Shown in pieces: positions 41,001 through 49,900 of a stretch of DNA of 64,000 bases. Made by a program: the position numbers and the translations under genes. The stretch lies in assembly GCA_051294905.1 (NCBI GenBank), contig CM119371.1, positions 25,856,001 through 25,920,000 on the forward strand. The letters are read 5' to 3'. How positions within the stretch are numbered: position 1 is the stretch's first letter; every line of letters begins with the position of its first letter. The notes beneath the pieces were generated by a model. The model did no database searches, was not told the DNA's origin, and saw nothing but the letters and a program-made list of their open reading frames with translations. The DNA is from Botryllus schlosseri (taxonomy: Eukaryota).

Positions 41001-41818
41001 TGCCACCAAAGCTTGACAACCCTCGAAAAGTCCATTTCCGCTTTCGCGGTCTTCACATTTGTCTTGAAAATTGCTTTGGATATCCAAGCATGGTCGGAGA
41101 TCGGTAACGACTCTCGCCACCCCTTGGGTAGAACACAATCCGATAAAGTAGCAGAGCAGCAGCACAACGCGGGACTCTTCTGACTAGGAGTGCCACTACT
41201 AGTCTGAGCTTCTTCAACCGCGTCCGCCACCGAGCAGATTGCTGCGTCATCGTCGGATGGCATATCCTCGGGGGCCATGACAGATGAGGAGCTAGCAGTT
41301 TTTGATGACTGAGTGGTTACAGTTTTCAAAGATTTCGACGAACAAGCTTTATCGGTAGCTGTCGACTTTATGGTTGGTTTCTTTCTGACAGGAATCTTGG
41401 GCTTACGATCAAGCCGTTTCTTCAATTCAAGGGCTTCCTTCATCTCGGGGAACAAGGAAGCGTACTGCTTGAAAGAGAACTTATTCAAGCCCAAATCACT
41501 GGCATTCTTCCCAAGACACGTTTCCATTTGGAACTCTCGGACCAGGTGAACAGAGTAGCCCAGGGCATTTTCCAGTATCCACCTGAAAGATTTTCCCTCG
41601 AATTTTCCAAACTGCATTCTGTACTGACCAATTACATGTCTCTGGTCTGATACATTGCCCCCTGCGTCAGCGACAGCTTTCATGGCATTTCTTTTCACCT
41701 CTTGAGGTGGGAGGCACATACCAGTTGATTGCGTCCTTTGAGCAAAGAACGTCTTAGCCTCCTTGGAATCAGCGAGGCGTAATTCTCCGTTCGGTATTCT
41801 CGTAAATCTGGGTAACAT
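38060..41818 (-). CDS. Dada-family DDE transposase, 1252 aa, uninterrupted ORF
   Basis: Candidate catalytic motifs IIKMDSTKK (D), VLYVDRGCC (D), RLDVWH (DxxH) and RCARGSTSLESFHLHL (E); N-terminal QFGKFEGKSFRW motif; Cys cluster CIKPAC...ECTSC; C-terminal CCHC-like CSKC...H...C. Confidence 0.92.
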   Translation of the reverse strand: MLPRFTRIPNGELRLADSKEAKTFFAQRTQSTGMCLPPQEVKRNAMKAVADAGGNVSDQRHVIGQYRMQFGKFEGKSFRWILENALGYSVHLVREFQMETCLGKNASDLGLNKFSFKQYASLFPEMKEALELKKRLDRKPKIPVRKKPTIKSTATDKACSSKSLKTVTTQSSKTASSSSVMAPEDMPSDDDAAICSVADAVEEAQTSSGTPSQKSPALCCCSATLSDCVLPKGWRESLPISDHAWISKAIFKTNVKTAKAEMDFSRVVKLWWHPPQASLICTGVPRPSRYFAQALFLWMPRKLWKCKLTCIKPACQKELTSAGIYKKVRQVVDVDGYYNMATEYLECTSCGIKVAAWNNAILQQLDIGHRLQFPALLTYRYACDVRVIRALRERTLGNSSTRLFNTLSEQHTEKFYQNVLHYITDCGYSKEAYEKGMLATCPQFTQPPEFKPVPTAQWLLTVYVQDILSRLDEIKSSITSTFGSIIKMDSTKKVTKKLVGEAQNTCAWATNVGNEHGQVLMSVLTCAEGNGLAHMAAGLTKRYTDAEVCPPEVLYVDRGCCGSEHTHLRKLFKEWPNLIIRLDVWHCMRRFARGCTTESHQLYAEFMARLSQCFFVLSEEDWSLLRKAKRAEMLAEHISNPSEKDVIRRLSKREISLHCRRTTRDPATLRSLVYNLLKIFASSRGNDTLGVPLLDSRRIWDIWENEQKHLGCIKDPENVSLYTQTGTLVKGGVTLPVYRCARGSTSLESFHLHLNRFIPGQCASAAHFQAYLLEGLYRWNKDRAANAIAADSSNRLRSYSSLLSKAVHSLGMKTLGTELCPAPAEMGKYTGELIGVEYLYRQTGTPLLPLPDADDEDAREMLSKHDDSLEDEGVDLTEDMTICDTSILATDINFAEPEHTAANESSDRVVSNTEPDDMISKAESTVQGSVGPNNVPGYEKVSALADCLLTHRDCTGCLSEAEAAHIITLWNDLLPYDKQAITFRPMYRKGNPGGRFKSAKPQKCTTPGVVATQKCFVGSSSGPAQRPDCNRYVEETISRLCDVYPSMKSYGSKGNRWSCVGSAYKNIRRCVLNNRAVMTESRIQLPELNQKTILDWYKKQQTRMENDVLKQGLPVQSQPATVETVPPPKEKPATLPTAAFQQKYIYILPRNTTATAKVRSATNPTESPVPATTQHYRKRRAEEEATGSACRRKYKPRAGPSTCSKCKKPKTADTHKTYYGNSLCLATATVSHAVWLEALKAKGYGPRAKKRE

Positions 41819-42268
41819 CTTGACAGATTATACCCCGCAAGTATATCCAATCCAATCCAATGTAACAGTAAATCCAATCCAATGTATCCGTATAAGTAAT
41901 AATGATAATATATCCAATCCACGTTTTCCAATCAGTTGAGTAGGTTATAAATAGGCTTTTACGCTGAGAAAAAATAAATCGCTCATCAGAAATCAAAATG
42001 TTTAGGCCTTCTACATGAGAACATGTGTGAAAAGATATACCGGTACTCTTCAACACCAACGCATACGGCGGTTACAGAACGAACACAGCGGTAAATTTCA
42101 CAAACACAGAAATGAATGAGATGCGCATAAACACACGACATACTCGTAAGAGAGCTGAGAAACCATTACTAGGATACAAAGTGAACTACACAGATGCTCA
42201 CAGCTGAAGAATACTATAAACATTGTTAACGTAATACACCAATCAACATGACAGCAGTAAGAGATGGT

Positions 42269-42900
42269 GAACTATGCCTGGAATTTATAGAGAGGCTTAC
42301 TGATTGCTTCTTTCTGTTATCAGAAGAAGATTGGAGCCTTTTGAAAAAAGCAAAAATAGCTGAAATGCTAGCAGAGTTCATTCCAAACCATCGGAGAAAG
42401 ACGTGATTCAACGCATTACGGAGAAAGAGATAGGTCTGCATTGTCGCCGAATAACTAGAAAACTTGAAATTATCAAGTCGCTTGTTTACGATTTGATCAA
42501 AATGTTTGCGAGCCCGAAGGGTAATGACACGCATGGAGTTCCCTTCTTTCGGAATGGAATTATGTCCTGCTCCTGCCATGATCGGACAATACACTGGTGA
42601 GCTCATCGGTGTGGAGTAACTATACAGCCAATCTGGAAATCCTTTGTTTCCGTTATTGGATGAAAATGGGCAAGCGATTCTGTCCAATCGGGATGAAAGC
42701 CAGGAAATGGAAGACGAAGGCATTGGCCTGACAGAGTGTGTGACTGTTGGCGATGGAGATATTCTGACAAATGATACCGTTTTGGTCCCGCTTGAAGATA
42801 GAAGCACAAGTTCATCCTCGGACCAAGTGGTCAGCAATGACGAACCTGTTGATAACGAGATAACCCCCGCTGAAGCTTCAGTAAGGCCTGATGACATTCC
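42269..42900 (+). pseudogene. Inverted, degenerate Dada transposase fragment inside the element (also 50768-51400)
   Basis: Translates piecewise to EFIERLTDCFFLLSEEDWSLLKKAKIAEMLAE..., HCRRITR...GNDTHGVP and ELCPAPAMIGQYTGELIGVE*LY, homologous to the main ORF; has frameshifts, a stop and an internal deletion. Confidence 0.88.
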
Positions 42901-43748
42901 ACGAAATGAAAAAGCTTCAAAAATGTGCATTGACACGTGACTCGGAGCAAAATTTACGAGTCGATTTCAAGTCATTAAGTAAGCAGAGCACAGGCTTCTT
43001 TCTTGTGGAAATGTAAGGTGTAATTCCCCATTTAGTCGTCTAGTAGATGCAGACATCGCCAAAAATAGGCAAAGGAATCCAAGCAGCTACGGTAGTCTAA
43101 ACCTACAAAACATGCCTGTAAATATATACCGGTGTTAATTTTCACTAAGTCAACTAAACACATCTTTTATTTCATTATACCTGCCTGGCCTGCCGATGTT
43201 GATTAGGCTTTTGATTACCTTTAACTGTTAGCTATATCCTATGTTACATTGAACAGTACATCCCACTATACTCGTATTTTACAAACTATCATCAAATACT
43301 TAGTTCAGATTGTTAGAAAAAGCCAGAGAACGCCTTACGAATATATTCACCGGTACATAACCTCCGGTAGTCAAAACTGGTCTTTTACCATTGCTGTGAT
43401 GTTTGGTAAGATGGGCGGCGTCACGTTTGTCTAATGAACACTCAAAACGCTTCATTATTAATGCACCTACCACTACTTCAACAGTGCAATGCAGCCTAAA
43501 TACGAGCCTAGAGACGAAGTTTCTACTGGCCTTAACTTGTCACAGATACAGTAATCTAATAATGTCTAACATGCTGATGCTGTCTGTCTTCAACTATACT
43601 GTACCATTTTTCTACTACAATACTTTCTTTACTGCCTTGCATTGCCTAACAGTATCACCACACAAGACACAAGAAACAAGACTCTCGGCGTCAAAATGCG
43701 AATACAATACTCAGAATCAGATACAGGCGAGAGTGAGTACGGCAAGCA

Positions 43749-43935
43749 CAATTAGAAAAGCTTCTGGCTTCTGATTGGTTGTCTCTAGTGCGCGGAAAGA
43801 TACAGTCCCGGACGAGAAAATCCGAACAATTAGAAGAGCTTCTGGCTTCTGATTGGTTGTCTGTAGTGAGCAGAAAGATACAGCCCCGGACGAGAACATC
43901 CGAACAATTAGAAGAGCTTCTGGCTTCTGATTGGC
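43749..43935. repeat. 78-bp subterminal tandem repeat (~2.4 copies), each with ATTGG/CCAAT; also 52248-52434 and inverted near 31975-32115 and 34160-34300
   Basis: CAATTAGAA starts at 43749, 43827 and 43905. Confidence 0.9.
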
Positions 43936-43983
43936 CGCTGAAATCAGACAGCAGCAGAGAAGATCGGCAGGTCATCATCAGGT

Positions 43984-46900
43984 AGGATACCTGCGGATGT
44001 TCTCTGTTGGGTTGCTAATTTTGCTTGACTGCACACGCGACCATGGACTTCAAAACGACTAGGTTGTCCTGCCGATATCTATACCAGGACGCTGTCCCAA
44101 CCAGACTGGGACCACTAGATAATTTTCAAATTATTATTTTCTAAATTCGATTGGAATTTGAACTACAGCTACACACCTTCACCAGATTAGGCTCGATTTA
44201 GAATGATAACTACATAGTTTTCGTAATTAGATTAGAATTACATCTACAATTCATCGGAATTAGATTAGAATTACACTTATAGCTACACATATACGTGTGT
44301 ACAGGAAGCTTGGCTCGTTTCGCACTAGCAGGTCCTGTAGCATTGTCAGGAAGCCAGAAATTAGACTAGACTAGATTGAAAACTAGAACATGACCACATT
44401 TACCAAACAGTTTCTGCCCACATGATGCTTGCCTACCCTACTATATGAAGCATTTCAACCTGGTTTTAGATCAACCACTTCCGGGATCACACGAAATAAG
44501 ACGCTATACCCCATCACGAATTTCAACCTAGTGCGTTTTGCATCAACCATTTCTGGGATCACGCAGAGGCTGCCCATGATTCTCTCCTTTCCTGCTAGAC
44601 AAAGCATTCCTAACTAGTGCGCTTTCGGATCAACCATTTCTGGGATTACACAGTTGCTGCCTATCCGACCCCTTCCTTCCCTAATAGATGAAGCACTACA
44701 ACCTGGCTTTAGATCAACCATTTCTGGGATCACACGAACTACCGCGCTGTACTGTCTCGTACCAAAACACTGAACTTTCGTTTTGAGAAACAGCAGCTGA
44801 AGTTATGAGAAACGCAAGGTTTTGAATGATTTTTCTATTAAAATAACAACATAAAGAAATAAATAAAAACAGAAATAAATTAATTAATGGTTATGGCCTT
44901 TACGTCTCCCTGGACGTAATTGAGGGTGATCTGAAAGTAAAATGAGGGATAAGTTAGGGCTTAATATCTGCGAACGTGGTATAATAAACGAACCGATTCC
45001 GATCGTAGTTCCAATTTAATGGACCTATTCCTACGCGGCCGCGTATGAGGCACAGTTACGTTGAAGGCCACCCCACTGCGGGGCCTACGACGACGACGTC
45101 GGCGACGTCGTTTTTGGGCACTGTTCAAGACAAATGAATCAACATATGAGAAATTGTTGACTTGAAGACACAATGATCGACATACCTTGATGTCACTACG
45201 ACCTCGCTCTCCACAGCGGGGGGAGGTAAGTCCCATATGATTCGAGCCCTGAACAATAGTATTAAATGTAAATTGAGTAATAATGACATATATTCACTGG
45301 GATACCTTTTAGCTGATGTCTTTTCGGGCTCGGGTTCAGGTTCGGCCCGTTTTTTTTCAACTTTTTGTTGCTGCTGCTCCTCCTCCTCCTCCTCGCACAC
45401 AAATGATAATTTATTTTCTACTTCCATATTTTCCATATTTTCTTATATATGTTATCTGTAAAGATACGAAAAACCGTTAGTACAAAATTACAATAATGAA
45501 TATTCTGCGGCATACGAAGAAAGTGGCCTCAAACAATGAGTGAAGCGAAAAGGATAGCAAAAAGCATATAAAACAGTAAAGAAAGAATCAGTAGGCTAGC
45601 CGGTGTCTTCCGTGGGTTTGAAGTACGAGTTGGGTATGTAGATATTCTTACTGGCGACGAAGGGTCGGCTTTACCATGGTCGATTCCAAAACCTTTGAAT
45701 GAAAAAGAAGAGAACAGCCACGGGCAAGTATGGAATATAGTGACAGTTACTATGTGTGTACAAGAGCTGATATCATATAAATTATATATTCACAGTTTAC
45801 CGCTAATGGTATTGGCCACTGAATGCTCCCTTATGATAGAAGGATGACAGATGTAACAAAATTGTTATCCATCTTCTCAACGACAACATCGGAAGACAGT
45901 AACGGATTGTCATTTTCTTTCTCAACGGAAGGGTGAAGGTCATTCAACAATGAATCACCTTGAGCCTCATTATTGAACATATGGCAGAGGTGCCATCATC
46001 GTAACGAAACGAGCCTAATGAATTTATCAAGATAAATGCCCAATCTGTGCTAGTAGAGAATATATTTCAATGGAAGCCTATAAAATACTCATAATAAGAA
46101 AAACGCCAACCTACGTTACGACTCTAAAGACAAAACTATAAGCCCTAGTAATGACCAGAGGTGGTCAGTAATGAAGTACTTCTACTTAAAGTAGTTTTGC
46201 TCACTTGCGCTACTTCTTCAAGTTTTCAAACTACTTCTGCTTGAGTAGCAACAACGAATATGTTGACCACCTCAGGTCATGACCATGGAGCGAACTCACC
46301 GGCTTCAGGAATCCTCCCATCCAGTTTGCGGTACGTCGATCCGAACCATTGATAGTGTAGCACGTCCGAATCTTTGAATTACAAAAATATCAAATAAAAC
46401 AGTCGAGGATTACTGCACAACAATAACTCACAGAGCGGTATGAAGATGAAAGGATCGTCCCTTTTCTTCGCGTGTGCGCCATATCCTTACTCCTTCAGTG
46501 TCTTCAGTCAAACTGCATGAGTCACGGTAGCGGTTGACCATGCAGAGCCGAGAGAGGATCATTCCCTTTTCTTCGCGCGCGGGCCATAACCTTTCGCCTT
46601 CAGTGCTTCCAGCCAAACCGCGTGACTGACGGTAGCGGTGGCCAGGCAGAGCGAATTGCCATAATAAGTCTTGTGAGTGTCCGCCGTCTTTGGCTTTTTG
46701 CATTTACTGCAGGTCGATGGTCCCGCTCTCGGCTTATACTTTCTGCGACATGCCGAGCCAGTCGCTTCTTCCTCAGCCCGTCTCTTCCTGTAGTGTTGCG
46801 TGGTAGCAGGCACGGGCGATTCTGTAGGGTTGGTAGCGGAGCGAACTTTGGCAGTAGCAGTTGTATTGCGCGGCAAAATGTAAATATACTTCTGCTGGAA

Positions 46901-49900
46901 TGCAGCAGTCGGCAGCGTTGCAGGCTTCTCTTTGGGCGGTGGTACGGTTTCGACGGTAGCTGGTTGACTTTGCACCGGAAGCCCTTGTTTGAGAACATCA
47001 TTTTCCATCCGAGTCTGCTGTTTCTTGTACCAGTCAAGGATCGTCTTCTGATTGAGCTCAGGCAGCTGTATCCTCGATTCGGTCATGACTGCGCGATTGT
47101 TGAGCACGCACCTCCTGATGTTTTTGTATGCGCTTCCAACACACGACCAGCGATTACCTTTAGAACCGTAGGATTTCATGCTGGGATACACATCGCAGAG
47201 CCGTGATATGGTCTCCTCGACGTATCTGTTGCAGTCAGGTCGTTGCGCAGGTCCTGAGCTGCTACCGACGAAGCACTTTTGTGTAGCAACCACGCCAGGC
47301 GTTGTGCATTTCTGCGGCTTGGCCGATTTAAAACGACCACCCGGATTTCCTTTCCTATACATCGGTCTGAATGTGATTGCTTGCTTGTCGTAGGGGAGAA
47401 GGTCGTTCCACAATGTTATGATATGAGCTGCCTCCGCTTCACTCAAACAGCCAGTACAATCTCTGTGAGTTAGCAGGCAGTCGGCCAACGCTGAAACCTT
47501 TTCATATCCGGGAACGTTATTCGGTCCCACTGAACCTTGAACAGTCGACTCTGCTTTGGATATCATATCGTCAGGTTCAGTATTACTGACCACCCGATCT
47601 GACGATTCATTAGCAGCTGTATGCTCAGGCTCTGCAAAATTGATATCAGTAGCCAAAATCGATGTGTCGCAAATGGTCATGTCCTCAGTCAGGTCCACGC
47701 CTTCATCTTCCAGGCTGTCATCATGTTTGGACAGCATCTCCCGCGCATCTTCGTCATCTGCATCCGGCAACGGAAGCAACGGCGTTCCTGTTTGGCGGTA
47801 TAAATACTCGACACCAATGAGTTCGCCGGTGTATTTTCCCATCTCAGCAGGAGCAGGACATAGTTCTGTGCCGAGAGTTTTCATCCCGAGAGAGTGAACG
47901 GCCTTCGACAAAAGGCTACTATAACTCCGTAGCCGATTGGAGGAGTCGGCTGCGATTGCGTTGGCAGCTCGGTCCTTGTTCCACCGGTAGAGTCCTTCCA
48001 AAAGGTACGCCTGAAAATGAGCAGCACTAGCACACTGTCCAGGAATGAACCTGTTCAGGTGCAAGTGGAAGGACTCCAGAGAAGTGGATCCTCTAGCGCA
48101 GCGGTAGACTGGCAATGTGACGCCCCCTTTCACGAGGGTGCCAGTCTGGGTATACAACGACACATTTTCTGGATCTTTAATGCAGCCCAGATGTTTTTGT
48201 TCGTTCTCCCAAATATCCCAAATTCTGCGGGAATCCAGTAGGGGAACTCCGAGCGTGTCGTTGCCCCTCGAGCTGGCGAAGATCTTCAGCAAATTGTAAA
48301 CGAGCGACCTTAGAGTCGCCGGGTCACGGGTGGTGCGACGACAATGGAGAGAAATCTCTCTCTTGGAAAGTCGTCGAATCACATCTTTCTCAGATGGGTT
48401 TGAAATGTGCTCTGCCAACATCTCGGCTCGTTTTGCCTTTCTCAAAAGACTCCAATCTTCCTCCGACAGCACGAAGAAGCATTGAGATAGTCGAGCCATA
48501 AATTCGGCGTAGAGCTGGTGGGATTCGGTAGTGCATCCGCGGGCAAAGCGTCTCATACAATGCCAAACGTCAAGACGAATAATCAGATTCGGCCATTCTT
48601 TGAAAAGTTTGCGTAGATGCGTGTGCTCACTGCCGCAGCATCCACGGTCCACATAGAGTACCTCAGGTGGACAAACTTCAGCATCTGTATACCGTTTCGT
48701 TAATCCCGCTGCCATGTGTGCGAGGCCATTGCCTTCAGCACAAGTCAAAACAGACATCAAAACCTGTCCATGCTCGTTACCGACATTCGTAGCCCACGCA
48801 CAAGTATTTTGAGCTTCGCCAACAAGCTTTTTGGTCACCTTTTTCGTGGAATCCATCTTGATAATGGATCCGAACGTCGATGTTATTGATGACTTGATTT
48901 CATCGAGGCGGGACAAAATATCTTGGACATACACAGTCAGCAGCCACTGAGCTGTGGGGACAGGCTTGAACTCGGGTGGCTGTGTAAACTGCGGGCAAGT
49001 TGCAAGCATCCCTTTTTCATAAGCCTCCTTGCTATATCCGCAGTCCGTGATATAATGCAGCACATTTTGATAAAATTTCTCTGTGTGTTGCTCGGACAGG
49101 GTGTTGAACAGTCTTGTGGAGCTATTGCCCAATGTCCGTTCCCGCAGCGCTCTTATGACCCGTACATCGCACGCATATCTGTAGGTGAGCAATGCAGGGA
49201 ACTGCAGTCTATGCCCAATGTCCAGTTGTTGAAGGATGGCATTATTCCAGGCAGCGACTTTTATCCCACAGCTGGTGCATTCCAAATACTCAGTAGCCAT
49301 GTTATAGTAGCCGTCGACATCCACTACTTGACGAACTTTTTTATATATGCCAGCACTTGTTAGCTCCTTTTGACAAGCTGGTTTTATGCAAGTCAATTTG
49401 CACTTCCAAAGCTTCCGAGGCATCCACAAAAATAGTGCCTGCGCAAAGTAGCGTGACGGTCGAGGCACACCTGTACAAATCAATGATGCCTGAGGTGGGT
49501 GCCACCAAAGCTTGACAACCCTCGAAAAGTCCATTTCCGCTTTCGCGGTCTTCACATTTGTCTTGAAAATTGCTTTGGATATCCAAGCATGGTCGGAGAT
49601 CGGTAACGACTCTCGCCACCCCTTGGGTAGAACACAATCCGATAAAGTAGCAGAGCAGCAGCACAACGCGGGACTCTTCTGACTAGGAGTGCCACTACTA
49701 GTCTGAGCTTCTTCAACCGCGTCCGCCACCGAGCAGATTGCTGCGTCATCGTCGGATGGCATATCCTCGGGGGCCATGACAGATGAGGAGCTAGCAGTTT
49801 TTGATGACTGAGTGGTTACAGTTTTCAAAGATTTCGACGAACAAGCTTTATCGGTAGCTGTCGACTTTATGGTTGGTTTCTTTCTGACAGGAATCTTGGG

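Larger units (their letters stand above)
35485..43977 (-). mobile_element. Autonomous Dada-type (U6-targeting) DNA transposon, copy 1 (8493 bp)
   Basis: Begins directly after U6 ...CCCCTGCGCAA (35484). Left end AGGATACCTGCGGA-TGTTCTCTG and right end CAGAGAAGA-TCGGCAGGTCATCA form an imperfect subterminal inverted repeat. Contains the 1252-aa transposase ORF. U6 insertion plus this protein type match the Dada superfamily (Kojima & Jurka 2013). Confidence 0.93.

Noticed and set aside
38101..41549. Many 60-194-aa ORFs overlapping the transposase
   Set aside because: Alternative-frame or antisense shadows of a long GC-balanced ORF.
42226..42936. 236-aa minus-strand ORF (also 50725-51435) as a real gene
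   Set aside because: It is the antisense shadow of the plus-strand transposase relic; Ser-rich with no recognisable motif.
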